Shown: piece after piece, positions 50,112 through 63,560 of the stretch | How positions within the stretch are numbered: position 1 is the stretch's first letter | How the letters are laid out: each line of letters starts with the position of its first letter | Assembly: GCA_025594325.1 (NCBI GenBank) | Contig: JANHCV010000012.1 | Span: 248,001 to 312,000, forward strand | DNA length: 64,000 nucleotides | Direction of reading: 5' to 3' | Origin: Blastocladiella emersonii ATCC 22665 | Lineage: Eukaryota > Fungi > Blastocladiomycota | Made by a program: the position numbers and the translations under genes | The notes under the pieces: model-generated | What the model saw: the letters and a program-made list of their open reading frames with translations, nothing else | What the model was told of the DNA's origin: nothing | Database searches by the model: none

Positions 50112-51770
50112 TCATTGCTCCATCGCACCGGCTTTGCTAGACTGGATTGGTGCGGTCGTGAACACAATGGCGCGCCTGTGCGAAATCAGCGTCCGTCCGC
50201 GCTCGCCTCGGCGAGGACGGCGCCCTGTCTGGTCCATCGGGTTCTCCGTGACACTGTAACTGACCATGGCCGTGACCACGGCCGCCGTCGTCACGATGGC
50301 CACGGGCCCCTTGGCGCGTCTATCTCGCTCGACGCAAAGTAAACGATGCTAGTCTTGGGTTGAACATGCACACAATCGTCGCTGCGACCCGGCGCGCCAT
50401 GAGCGAGGCCGCGCCGCCGAGCTTCCCCGCCGGAGCCCGGCCGTACTGGTCCCAGGTAGCGGCGACGCTACAGTGCGCGACGAGTAGGATGGGTGCGAGT
50501 CAGTGATCGGATCCCAAGAGCGAGACAGGTAGCGAGGAGGAACCGTGCATGATAAGCATGTGGCGCAAGACGAGACGTCGTTTCCGTCTGACCCGACTTC
50601 TTGGCCTTGGCCTCGAACTCGATCTCGATGGACTCCTCGGTGGCATACACGTGGCGCGACGCGGTGGTGAACACGCGGTAGTAGCGGACGACAATCGACG
50701 TGGCCAGGAAGAGCAGGACGGCGCCCGTGAACGTGAAGGCGACGTGGCGCAGGAAGCTGATGTTGAGCTTGACGTGGCGGAACGTGTTGCCGAGGACGTG
50801 CTGGCGGACCGGGTCGATGGCCGCGTACAGCAGCGCGTACACCTTGCGCTCGACGGGGGTTAGGGCGCGGCACACGCCCGAGCCGGTGTCGAGGAGGATC
50901 GGGATGGCGTTGAGGACGACGGCGGGCTCGGGGCTGGCGGCGACGGGCGAGGTCGCAACGGGCTCGGGCAGGCCGCCGACGGCGATGCGCGTCGTAGTGG
51001 GTTGGGCGACGGGCGCGGGGAACATGGTCTCGAGGTCGGCCGTGGTGGCTGTCGGGGCTGAGACGGGCCGCGGGAGGCGGCGGCGCAGCAGGTCGATGAT
51101 CGTGGACGCGGGCCGGGTCATGTCCGCCTGGCGGAAGCACGTCCAGTCGCTCTTGCACTTGATGGTCGCCCACTCGAGCTGGCTGGGCGACGTCTTCTCG
51201 TAGTTGTGGCCGAGCGGGCACCGCGCGCGGAACTGGTACCACAGGAGCGTGGCCTCGGACACGCCGAGCATGGCGCGCGGGGACCTTTCGGGCTTACGGC
51301 GGCGGATTGGGCCGATGACTACGCGTCGGGGCGGGTCGCGGGTGAGTGGGAGGCGCGACTCGTGGGGTGAGAGACGCGTCGAGGTGGCGTACCGAAAAAG
51401 GGCGCGTAGCGGTCGATGAACGGGTCGATGGCGGCGGCGACAGGCTTGGTGTGGCGCGTCGCGGGAGCGGGGACGATGACGGCCAGGTCGGTCGAGTTGA
51501 ACACGACCGGCGCCGGCGCGACGAACTTGGGCGGGGCGGGGATGCACGCCGGGACGGCACCGAGCGGGGCGGGGAGGAATCACAGGGCGGGGAGGGACAC
51601 GGACACGGCGACCGAGACGTTGGCGGCCGCGGCGGCGACGGCCAGGGTGGCGTTGCCGAGGGCGAGAAGCGGGGCGACGGCAGCGACGGTGGACACGCTG
51701 AACAGAGCCTGGTAGGTGAGCAGCGCGAACACCGTCGCTCCGACGAAGGCGAGGACGAGGGGGCTGCATG
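50112..51770 (-). CDS. Hypothetical membrane/secreted protein (multi-exon; possible in-frame TGA at 51582-51580)
   Basis: Hydrophobic N-terminal stretch, P/A/T-rich middle, TM segment HVAFTFTGAVLLFLATSIVV; gene model uncertain. Confidence 0.4.
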
Positions 51771-53986
51771 GTGACGGCGGTGGACCGGATCGGGCGGACC
51801 AGGTACTACTTCTTGGGGATCTTGATCTTCTGCTTCTGCTTCTTCTTCTTGGGGCTGCCGGTTACGACATGGGGAACGAGAGAGAGGGGATAGCCGGGGA
51901 AGAGGCGCGGTCTTGTAGGCGCGGGCGCGGACAGCGGGTCGGCAGCGCGAGCACCCGCCGGGCGCGTGCACCGACGCGTCGCGGTGCTCGAGCGCGGCCG
52001 CCGCCACTGCCGTCGTTGTTGTTGTTGTTGTGGAGACGCGTCGCCGTGTACCGTGTCTCGCGACGCGTCGACGCGTCGACGCGTCGCGGCGGCCGAGGTG
52101 GAGACACGCGAGACGTGCAGCGCGGGCCGCAGCAACACGTGCTTGACGCGTCGCGACGGGTGCGAGACACTCGGGTGGAGACACGGCGAGATCAGGTGGG
52201 CGAGGGCGACCGCATCGTGCGCGAGGCGGGCGGCGGACGCGTTGCGTGGTGCGAGTCGGTCGAGCAGCGGGGCGCGGCACGGCGCGTCCGGGCGAGGCCG
52301 AGGTCAAGGGCAGACTGAATATAATGAAGAGCAGAGGAGCGAGTCGCTGAGGGTGGAGGGGAAGTGGTGGGAGACCGGCCGTGGTCGGCTGCTGTCACGC
52401 CACCGCGGCCGCGAGCAGCGACCACTCCGGCGTGCGTCAGCGGCGTGCGTGCGCGTGCTCTCGGCAGCCGCAGATGGTGATGGATCTCGACGATGGATCG
52501 GCGCCGAGACTCGATGCAGGGGAATGGGCGAGCGGCGGCGAGCACGGCGGTGAGTCGCGGCGTGGTCGGTCGCGGGCTCGGCCGGGAGCGGATGCAGTCG
52601 GTGGCGAGAGAGAGGCGAGCGAAACGGATGCTGATGAGCCGAGTGATGATGAGCGGCGGGTTGATGAGGGAGAACACGGGTGCGAGACGCCGCTCCCACA
52701 CGCGCTCCCGCCGCCGGCGCCGACCCGATCGGGCTCGCTCTCCCTCCGCTCCTTTCTCTCACCTCGGCAGCTGCCCCGCAAAACTACTCGGACTCCGTGC
52801 AGCAGTCTCGCAGATGGTCAGCGACGCGCCCGCCCGCTCGCACGGCCTCGGCCACGGCACGACCGCGCTCCCGACGCCGATCGCGCGAGCTCGAGGCAGC
52901 CTTGCAGGTGTCGATGCATTGCGGAAAGTGGTGAGCGTGTGCTGATCGCCCCGAAACGTCGCCGCCGTCGCTTCCGACTCGGTCGACGCGGATGGGGGTG
53001 GTGTGCGCCTTCGCGGATGCGCGGTGACGTCATTCCGCCCTGCCCCGTGCACATGAGCGCCGCGTCGTTCCTCGTCTCTCCTACCGCTCCTACCGACCGT
53101 CCGATGCGAACCCTGAGCCGTCGTTACCCTTCTGCCCGACCAACACCCGGTTCGACTGGACCCTTCCTGCTTTATCCGGCACGCCCCCTCAAGTTGCTAC
53201 TGTATGCACCCTGTCAACACTCTCACACAGCGAGTTTCTCAGTCGAACCGCGTGAGGCGAGCAGTGAGTATCGTCGAGGCCTGCTTCTACCAACAATCCT
53301 TCCTTGCGTCGCGACTTCCGCTCGCTCAACTTCAGGTACAGCCGTTCCAGCGCGACCAAAGCTTTCATCCACGAGCTCGTCGAAGAAGTACTGCACATGT
53401 TTCGCGCCCAGTCATTGCTCCGCTGAGCTAACGCTGGTCGCGTATCAAGCTCTACCGACCATCAATGCCAGTCTGATCAACATCAGGCAGTCCGACGCCC
53501 TCCTCGTCGCCATCGCCCTCATTGTCGAGAACAAAATTCGCAGTACGATTGACTAGATTAACTAGCTCCTCTCGTACCTCTTCGTTCGTCGCATCCTCGT
53601 TCAAAATTGCTGGTTACGGCTCCACTGAGGCCGCTGCCGCCGCGATCGCCCCTTTGTTGAGTCGTTGTACGCCGTAACCGACCGCTGCCGCAGCCACCTT
53701 CGCAGTTTGTCGGGCGCGGTTGTTGGCAAGATCAAACACCAAGGGTGTGGGCGTTGTGCGATAAGTCATGTGCGATGCAAGTCAGCCGTTGTTCGTCACG
53801 GGTACATTGGTCGGTTCAAAATTCAGGAAGGGTTGACGAGTAACGCCATCGAATGACTCGGCAGATACGGTGCAGGCACCGCTGTGGAGCGTGACGGATC
53901 CTTTTCGACCACCAACGCAACGCTGACCTCATTTTCGCTTCGATTTCAAGGGTGAGACATGTACAACGCGAGTCGATACCATTCGG

Positions 53987-54829
53987 CTACTCAACACCAA
54001 CAACTAGATCAGGATGCGCGCCAGGGACGGTCGCAGGGACGCGGAGCATCTCGCCCGTGGCCGCGTCGACGCAGCTCGCAAGGCACAGCCACGTGAGACT
54101 CGACGGAATCCGCGAAAGCATGAATTCGAGCCCGTCCTTCGAGATAATCGCGCCGTCCAAGAGCAGAGAATCGAGATTCGGCGGAACCCTGTCCATGAGC
54201 GCGCGGATCCCAACGTCCGTGGCCCCGATATGCATGAGCCACAGCTGCGTAAGGTGCGGCCCAAACCCGGCCGCCAGCGCTGCGAGCCCGGCGTCGCCCA
54301 GCGGGTTGTCGCCGACTCCCAGGTCCTCGAGCGCGGGCGGGAAGTGCGCCGCCAGCGCCGCCGCGCCGTCAGCCGTGATCCCGTTGGTCCCGAGCCCGAG
54401 CCACTTGAGCGTGCTCGGGAAGTGAGGCGCGAGGACCCGCGCGTACTCGCCGCTCAGCGGAATGTACGACAGACGCAGATGGGTGAGCGATGCAGGCAGG
54501 CCGCGGAACAGCACCGCGGCGTCCGCGGGGGTCCCGAGAATGCTGTAGGAGATGTCGAGCTCGGTCAAGTGCGGCGGGAACGGAGAGACGGGGTCATTGG
54601 TGAACTGCGCGGCACCCTCGCCCAACCAGTTATGACTGAGTCCGAGCTCCGTCACAGACGCTGGTAGGCGCAGGGCGCGAAGCGCCTGGTACGTCAGGTC
54701 GCAGCACGCGAGCTCGACCCAACTCACGTTGGCTGCCGGTTTGGCCATGGCTTTGGCGAGCGCGGACGCGCCGGCCTTGGTGATCCGCGACCCGCCAAAC
54801 CGCACTGTGTCCACGGACCCGTTGCGCAC
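53987..54829 (-). pseudogene. Family A copy: LRR exon only, N-terminal exon not found
   Basis: RNI-type 26-aa repeats nearly identical in part to 55249 copy; one repeat shorter; no in-frame ATG or ankyrin-like exon upstream. Confidence 0.65.
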
Positions 54830-55248
54830 CGTGGATCGTTGCGAGTGGCATGATATTCATTTGATTCGATTACAAGGGTGGGAGGCAGAGAGAGCGAGTG
54901 TGCTGTGGTGAGGATTTGAAGGTTGGCGACGGCGCGAGGCGCCACAAATGGCACCGCACCGAAAGGTCATGGCCGTTGCGATTGGAAACCTGATCCCGGC
55001 CGATCGGGCGCCGAACCAGGCAGTTCTCGCATACGGCGAGGAGTCACACCTGAGCACGACGCGTGCGTAGGTCCGAGCTCGTGGTCCGTTAAGCGAGGGT
55101 GGAGAGGTCGTATGCGACTTCCAAGGTGCCGGATCGTCGCGCAAAGCATGTAATTCACACCCCCACGTGGGTGGTGCAGCGCGTGCTCAAAGGTCGCAAT
55201 GTCATATCCGAGAACGAGTCATGTACAGCACAAACGCACTCTATTCAG

Positions 55249-56704
55249 CTACTCCATGTCAACCTGCAGCCCCGGATGGATCCCAGGGAGGAACGGCGCG
55301 ACATCGGGCAGCTCGCCCGTGGCCGGATCGACGCAGTCCGCAAGACACAGCCCCGTCAGACTCGACGGGATCTGCGCAAACACGGCCTCGAGCCTGACGC
55401 TCGAAATCATCGCGCCGCTCAAACTCAGGTCCTTGAGGTTTGGCGGGATGTTGTCCATGAGCGCCTTGATCCCGGCATCCGTGGCACAAGTCTCGTCGAG
55501 CCATAGCGTCTTGACGCTCGGCGCGAACCCTGCCGCCAGCGCCGCGAGCCCGGCGTCGCCCAGCGGGTTGTCGCCGATTCCCAGGTCCTCGAGCGCGGGC
55601 GGGAAGTGCGCCGCCAGCGCCGCCGCGCCGTCAGCCGTGATCCCGTTGGTCCCGAGCCCGAGCCACTTGAGCGTGCGCGGGAAGTGAGGCGCGAGGACCG
55701 CGAGCCCGTCGGACCCGAGCTCGCAGCCGGACAGAGCCAGCTCCGTCAGCACCGGCGGGAAGTGCCGCGCGAGGACCCGCGCGTACTCGCCGCTCAGCGG
55801 AATGTACGGCAGACGCAGCTCGGTCAGCGACGCGGGGAGCGCGCGGAACAGGACCTCGGCGTCGGCGGGGGTTCCAATGATGTTGCCCGTCAGGACCAGT
55901 CGCGCCAGGTGCGGCGGGAACGGCGATGGCTCGTCGGCGAGCTCGGCGGCGCCCTCGCCCGCCCAGTTGTTCTTGAGCTCGAGCTCCGTGACCGACGCGG
56001 GCAGGCGCAGTGCGTGGAGCAGCGGGTACGTCAGGTCGCAACACTCAAGGTCGACCGAGACGACGTTCGCAGTCGGCTCGGTCATGGCGTCAGCGAACGC
56101 GGACGCGCCCATCTCGGTGATCCGCATGCCGACGCACCACACCTCCTCCATGGTGCCGTCGCGCACCGCAGGCAGCATCGAGTCGAGGCGGAAGTCGCCT
56201 GGCGGGTCGTCATACCACTCGAGGTCCTGTTATGTGTTCAGAGTAAGCTCCGCGAGTATCAAATCAGGTCGCATTCAGCGGGATGAAGCGTACAAAGTCG
56301 AGGTAACTGTCCTCCTCCTCGTCGCACGTCCCGTTGAAGTGCACCTGCACCATATACCCGACCTCGCATTCGGGCAGCGACAGGCCCGAGCGCCGCCACC
56401 AGTCGAGCGACTTGTACGACCGGGCCGCCCCCGTGATCGCGGCACCCGTATACTCGAGCGGCTTGCCCGACCGCACCCAGGCGTCGAGCACGTTGAGCTG
56501 CCCGTTCGCGCTCGCTTCGTCGATCGAGATGGACGTGGCATGGTCGACGATGGCACGGTGCACGCAGGGGGCGTCGTCGCGTAGCATGACGCGGGAGTAA
56601 CGCTGCATCCCCGCCACGTCGTCCGGGTCGAGCAGCCGCACAGCGTGGCACAGGATCCGGTCCAGGACCGTTGCGGGAAGTAACGGGAGCGATGAGCAAT
56701 TCAT
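55249..56704 (-). CDS. Family A copy, intact: F-box-like + ankyrin-like + RNI-LRR
   Basis: Exon 56704-56294 (MNCSSLPLLPATVLDRIL...SLDWWRRSGL...YLDF), intron 56293-56227 (GTACGC..CAG), exon 56226-55249 in frame (DLEWYDDPPGDF...). Confidence 0.85.
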
Positions 56705-57189
56705 TGGATTCGTTTGTGGGGGAGGGAGAGTCGGTTGCGAGGGCAGCGGCCTTTTAAGGACGATCGGCGGAGCGCCACATCTGGCGCCGCACCGCACAGG
56801 TCGGGTGCACCGCCAACCGTTTCTCCGTCGTGATGGTCGGCCTGATCCCAGCCCATTGGATGCGGGAGCATATGGCTAGGAGTCCGAACCGAGTCACGAC
56901 TTCCATGTGCGTTACGTACAACTTTCACTCGGGGTGCGCCGAGCGAGGCAGTAAAGTGCGCCGCGTGGGAACGGCGTCCTGGAGACTGGAAGCTCGTGAC
57001 GTAGATCAGCATACTAGTGATGGCGAAACAGGAGCTTCGATTACGGAGCAATGAGGGGAACAAAACGAGCAGGAAACACGAGAGACGGTGTCCGCGGCGA
57101 CGGGAGTCATAGAGAAATCCGTGGCGCGCGTCGCGCGACAACATGAGGAACCATTCGCCAACCGCTTCGAATGTATCGCAAGTCCACGG

Positions 57190-58580
57190 CTAATCATAAT
57201 TCACGACAAGGCCCGGAGGCGAGTTGAAGAGGAATGGTTGCATGTCAATACCCGGATCAACGATACGATCGGTCAGGGAAAGATATTGCAGGCTCTGAGG
57301 AATGCGCGAAAAAATACTCTCGACCCCAGCACGACCCACTTGCGAGCTGTCGAGCAGCAAGTCCGTAAGCTGAGATGGCACGTGCTCCATAATGGCGGCG
57401 ATACCAGCATCCGCAGCATCGACGTTGCGGAGTATCAATTGACTAAGGCTTGGTGCAAGGCCTTGCGCTATGTAAACGAGGCCTTGGAGCGGGTTGTTGG
57501 ACATGGAGAGGGACTCCAGCCGAGGTGGGAGGTGGCGCGCAGCGAGTTCGGCGCCCGCTTCAGTGATACAGTTTGAACCAAGGTGCAACGTAGTCAGTGT
57601 AGTTGGAACCCGCGGAGCGAGTGCCGCGAGCCCCGAGTAGCCGAGCTTACAGTCGCACAGCGTAAGATCTTTGAGTATCGGCGGAAGATGCTGGGCAAGT
57701 GCGCGCGCGTATTCGAGGCGGAGCGGGACATCGTCGAGCCAGAGACTACTGAGCCCAGGCGGCAGCGACTGAAAGAGAACTTAAGCATCTTGAACATCGA
57801 CAAGGGTGTTGCAAGAAAGGTCGATTTCGCGCAGATGGGGTGGGAACGGACTAGGCTCACCAGCAAAAGTCGCGGCGCTCTCGCCGATCCAGTTTCCCTT
57901 CAGACCAAGGGTCGTGGTCGATTCGGGCAGCCGCAACGCGCGCAACGTGGCAAAGGTGAGGTCGCAGAACTCCAAGTCAAGAGTTTCCACGCGAGCGGTC
58001 GGTTGAGCCATGACGTTCGAAAGGGCGGAGACGCCGGTCTCTGTGCCGCGCATGCCAACGCAATAAATGGAATGATCAGAAGCATCCGCCATCTCGGGTA
58101 TTAGAGCTTGAATGACGTGCGAGTCGCCGGGTGGATCAGTTGCGCGCCGAAGCTCCTACATTTCACAATGTGTGAGGAAGTTACGTCCGAGACCCTCCTT
58201 GGGCGACGAGCTCAACGTACGAGGTCGCCGTTTTCTATCTCCTCCTCGTTGCAGGTCCCGTTGAAATGCACGAGGACCATTGGCCCGACTTGACATTCCG
58301 GAAGCCCGAGTTCGGGGTGCCGCCGCCACCAATCGAGTGACTTGTACGGCCAAGTCGCGTCCGTGATGGCGCGGGCCGTGTATTCAAGCGGACGCCCAAA
58401 TAGACATGAGATCTTCCTGGATTGCACGGTGCACGTATGGCGCGTCGTCACGAAGCAGGACGCGCGAGTATGGAAGCATCCCGACGACGTCGTCCGGGTC
58501 GTGCAGTCGGACCGCGAAGCATTAGATACGGTCTAGGACTATAAGTGGCAATGCAGCAAGTCCCGTATTCATTGGATTCA
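57190..58580 (-). pseudogene. Family A copy with several lesions
   Basis: Stop in DRI*CFAV; deletion/frameshift in the ankyrin-like part; in-frame TAA at 57783-57781 (DVQDA*VLFQSLP). Confidence 0.8.
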
Positions 58581-58917
58581 TGGCGCGTGTGTGCTCAACT
58601 GTTGAACGGGGAGAGCAAAGTAGCCGCCCTCGGCCGAATGACCACCACGGCGCCACACGAGGGTGACTTCAGACCGAGTCCTCGTGAGTGGCGCATCGCG
58701 TCTCGCCTCCCCACAGTTTCGAGCGGGAAATAGACGTGCATGGACAATTTTGCGCAGTTCTCCCATGTGTCACGTTCTTTGGCGCAAGAATGCACGCGTG
58801 CGGGCCGTGTGCGGGTGGGCTGTAAGATGCTTGCGCAAATCCCATTGTTTGCAGTTGATAGCACTGACGATCAAAGATGCGTTGGCGCCAAGACGGCTCG
58901 ATATATATTGCAGCGGT

Positions 58918-60459
58918 TCAAAGATACTGATACGCTTCTGGGTGCTCCTCCTCGTAAATATCGGGATCCGTGTACACGTTATGATCGGGATACTTCACTT
59001 CAAGCGTGAAAGGGACGCGAAGCTCGGCACCCGACTCTGGAACTATGCAATCAACAAGATAGAGTTCAAGAGTCGGCCCTACGCGGGAAAAGATGCTCTC
59101 GAGGCCCGCACGGCTGATCCGTGCGCCATCAAATTTCAGTCCCTTGAGCCTGGGCGGAATGCGCTCCATAAACGCGATGATTCCGACATCCGTTGCACCG
59201 ACATAGACGAGGGACAAATGGTCGAGGTGCGGGGCAAAGCCGCGGGACAAGGCCACGAGCCCCTCGTCAAAAAGTGGATGCTTGCACATTATGAGCGTGT
59301 TGAGCCAAGGCGGGGAATGGCGCGTCATGAATTTGGCGCCGGCACTGGTGATGTTGTTTGATTCCAAATTTAACCTGCTCAGCGTACTCGGGAGACGTGG
59401 TGCGATCGCCGTGAGGCCCTCATCGCCGAGCTGACAGTTTGACAAAGTAAGCCTCCTGAGCGCCGACGGAAGGTTGCAGGCGAGAGACTGCGCGCAGTCT
59501 AGGTTTATGGCGCTATTCTTCGAAGAAAGACTTTCCAACGAAGATGGCAGCGACTGGAAGAGCACATTTGCATCCTGCGAGTGACCAATAACGTTGCTCT
59601 CGAGCTCGAGATGACGAAGTTGAGATGTAAACGGACTACTCTGTCCAACAAAAGCGCGAGCTCCCTCGCTGGTCCAGTTGTCGTTGAGGTAGAAAGATTT
59701 GATCGACTCGGGCAGCTTCAACGCGCGCAACGTTTCGAACGTTATGTCACATCTGTTGAGAAAGACAGTGTCAACCCGAGCAGTAGGTTGATTCATGGCG
59801 GAGGCCATGGCAGATGCGCCGACCTCGGTTATGCGCTTGTTGCGACAAGTTACCCAGCTTTTGTAGCCATTGCGTACGCTGGGGATGAGAGTTTCAAGAA
59901 ACACATCGCCTGGTGGATCAATAAAGGGCATTAGGACTTCCTACCGGGTTTCATGGCAGGGCGAGGTGAGCCATTTGTGCGTTATTTTTTCACACAACTC
60001 GAGTTTGAAGAGGCGTACGAGGTATTCCTGGTCGCCGTCGTCGGAATCTTCCTCGTCCTCAAACTCCTCGTAGGCTTCATTGAAGTGCATAAGAATCATG
60101 GGCCCAACCTTGCAATCGGGAAGCGCAATCTCGGAGTGTCGCCGCCACCAATCGAGGGACTTGGTAATCTTGGCGGCGTCGGTGATCGCGCGGCTCGAGT
60201 ACTCAAGCGGACGGTTGGATCGAGCCCACGCGTAAAGCACGTTGAGGCGGTCCGTCGCGCTCACCTCGTCTATGGAGATTGACAAGATGTGGGCCTGGAT
60301 CTTTCGGTGAACACAAGGAGTGCAAGCGCGAGGCATGATGCGAGAATACTGCAGTATTCCGGATCCGTCGTCTGGGTCGTGACGTCGGACCGCAAAGCAG
60401 AAGATGCGGTCGAGAACAATAAGTGGCAATGCAGGAAGTCTGGATTTCATTCGCTTCAT
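58918..60459 (-). CDS. Family A copy, intact
   Basis: Exon 60459-60019 (MKRMKSRLPALPLIVLDRIF...DQEYL), intron 60018-59941, exon 59940-58918 in frame (EVLMPFIDPPGD...). Confidence 0.85.
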
Positions 60460-60759
60460 CGTGCATGGGTCGGTGGTGTTCGGCAGTGGGAGAGGCGTTG
60501 GGCCGAGCCGCGACTTGAGTCGAGGAGCCCGCGTGAGAACCGACCCCGTCCGTGGCGCTACGCGACAGGTGAGGTTGAGCGGCCGCAGCCTCAACCTCAC
60601 GAATTACCTTTTCACGAATGTGGTGCACTGTCGACATGTGTGCTCCCGCTCGAACCAGTTGCGCGTTGTTCTCTCGACCAAACGACGTTACAACAACGAT
60701 GCTCAGCTCCAAGCAAAAAAAATATTCAGATAGCATTTGCTGAGTCCGCAACCGCCCCG

Positions 60760-62222
60760 TCAAACCGCCCGCTTGCGGCGCGGATCAGGCTTCTCCGGGT
60801 TGCTGTCGTGGAACCGGGCGAGGAGCGAGAGGTGCTTGAGGTCGCTGTACAGCTCCCACGTCGTCTCGTCGTACCCGCGCCACTTGACTTCGTACTCGAC
60901 GGACCGCCCGCAGCGGCGCGCATCCAGGATCGCCTCGACGTGGTACTCGGCCGCGTCGTCATCGTCGGCTTGAGCGTTCGCATCGGCATCGGCATCGTCG
61001 CCGGCCGCGGCGGCGATCTCGGGCGGCGGCGACTCGGCGACCTCGGGTGCCTTGCGCTTGCGAGACGTGCGGGCGGAGCGGAACCGGACGCAGCGGGATC
61101 GAGACGCTGCTGCTGCTCGTGAAGTTTGGTGAAGGCCGACTCGAGTTCGAGCGAGCGGGAGGTCATCCGGCTGACCAGCACGGCCGAGGCGGTGTGCGCA
61201 GCAATCACCTTGTCACACCGCATAAGAGCAGCGGCGAGATCGACAGCAAGCGTTTCCGAGCGTCGCTTCTCCGCGGCAAGCTGCGCCGTCGTCGCGGCAT
61301 GCGCCGAACGCTCGTGCGCCAGCTCGGCCGACAGGGTGGAGGCACGAAGGTTGGCCTCCTCGAACTGCTGCGCGATGGTGGTCGTGCTGGAGTCAGGTTT
61401 ATTGAGATGAGTAAGGAGATCGGTCAGCTTGGCGGTGAGTGCCGTGTGCTTGAGCGTAGCTGCGTCGACCTGCTCGCACGCCTCGGCGAACTGAGAAGCA
61501 GAGACCTTGGGAAGCAGAAGGGCAATCGAGTCGTGGCTGGCGCTGGCGGCAGCAATCTTGGCACTGGCTTCGGCGAGCTGCTTGCCCACCTCGCCGTGCT
61601 CGGCGACCGCGCCCTTGAGGTCGCCGGTAAGAGCGTCGACACGAGCAGCAAGTTCGGTCTTCTCGCGCTGGACGACGGAAAGCTGGGCAAGGCGCGTGTC
61701 GGCGAGGGAAGTCTTTTGGGCGTCAGCGGCATGCTGGGTGCTGAGGTTGGCGATGAGCGACTCGGCATTCTCCTTCCACTTGGTCGCCATGCCGAGCTGC
61801 ACCTTGAGGTCGATCAGCTCGTGCAGCAGCTGGCCCGCGTGGTCCTGGTGGTACTCGGCGAGCGCCTGGGCGGCCGCGAGCGCGGTGATGTGGTCATTCG
61901 AGGGAGTTGGCGGGTGCGGCGAAGCAAAGTAGCCGGACCCCGCGGCGGCAGAATCAGCACCAGCGGCGGAGGGGCCGTCGGGCACGGGAGGCAGCTGCGC
62001 TCCCAGCAGAAAGTGGTTGGTGGACAGCGAGAGAAGAGGAGCACCCGCAGAGCCCGTGGCGGAAGGATTGAAGCCGACCAAGGGCGGCATCTCGGCCAGA
62101 ATCTGCGAGACGAGGTCGTTCGTCGGGGCGTCCAGGCCGGTCAACGCCGGCGGGGCCGGAAGCTGCGGCTGCGAGCCCGGCGGCGGGCCTTGCACCGACT
62201 GCGAGGTTTCATTCGATGCCAT
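60760..62222 (-). CDS. Coiled-coil protein with C-terminal chromodomain in a shifted frame
   Basis: P-rich N-terminus and coiled coil in the 62222 frame. From ~61085 a different frame reads RSARTSRKRKAPE...EYHVEAILDARRCGRSVEYEVKWRGYDETTWELYSDLKHLSLLARFH...KRAV* (TGA at 60762-60760). Confidence 0.72.
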
Positions 62223-63560
62223 GGTGTGTACAGTGTGCGAGGGAGGGAGTGGCGAAGGGCGCCGAGTCCCTGCGGCGAAGACCGCGGCGAAGACCGGGGC
62301 GAGGTGGCGCTTTCGAGCATCATGTGAGTGGCGTCGCGCGACCCCAATCCGCCCTTTCTCCCCCGCTCCCCTCCCACTTGCAAATCTGCCATGTATCCCG
62401 CGCTATGACTTCATGCATACTATTTTAAAGAGGATTGTCGCGGTGTTTACTACTTTCGAAACGCAGACCGTCGCGCCGTTCATGGGGGCGTTCTTGCGAT
62501 TCCGCTGGGCGTCGGCCACTTGCACTCGATCGACGCCCGCGGAGCACGTTTTCATCATGTATTGCGGCTCCTGCACAGCAATTCCCTCGTGTTCGCCGGC
62601 CTGCTTGACCCTCGCGCGTCGCGCGTGAGCGGGAACTTGACGCGGATTGCCTCATAGCACGCGGTTGGGGCATACTGCTCTTCGACGCGCTCAACATGCT
62701 GCTCAGCCACCAGCGCTACTTTCACTTCCACTTCCACTTCCTCGCCTTTATGCAACGGCCGTAATCACAGGTGGCATCCATCGGTACACTGGGTTCGCGC
62801 AAGCACGCTTGGGCGTCTCCTCAATCTCTGGCGCTGAATGCTGCTGGTGCTGGTGGTTAAGCTTGGCGACGGCTGCCACAAGCTCGAGCGCGCGCTTTGT
62901 GAGCGGAGTAACCTGTGCGACAGACACGGCGTAAACGATGATCGCCTTGTTGCAGCGCGCAGTAGCATCGGTGAGGACTTGGTAGCGAGCTGCTCCGCCG
63001 TTACGGACCGCCAGGTCACCGCGATTATCGACGCGTGCGCCGCACGCGTCTTGGTACCGGCCACGGACGGCGCGCGGAACGTCGTCAAGCACGCCACGCT
63101 GCTTGCGGACGCCGACGCCACGGCCGCAATGTCTGTTTTGAAACCGTTACCATTCCCGCGTCAGTCAGGGGTCCGTTGAGCGCGTCGTGCTGCCCGCGCT
63201 CGCAATGAGGAGGAAGGCGATGGCGCCCGGTACATTGCGCGAGACGATGGAAGCGGCTCTCGCAGGGCCCAGGCGGCCGAGACTGTCCAGTAGTTTGCGC
63301 TCCGCCACCCTGGGTGGAGCGTTACTGAAAACGCGATCGCGTCGCGCACAAGGGCACAAGCGAGCAGGTCGTTGTCAGCGGGAGCATTGCATTGGCAAGT
63401 CAGCAAGTGGTTTGCTTGAGTACCGACGGGTTTGAGGCAGAAATGGATCAACGAATGGTGTCGTGTCCTTACTTCAAATCATTGTCCTTCCTCAACCTTC
63501 GCGAGCATGCGGTCTGGCAGAGTCATTGAGATGTATTTGTATCGACAGACAAAGCTGAGC

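Noticed and set aside
52300-53560. 391-aa ORF 52381..53556 and small spliced candidates
   Set aside because: Low complexity with no coherent exon model.
62300-63450. Short minus-strand ORFs between the chromodomain gene and the window end
   Set aside because: Fragmentary, with no identifiable domain.
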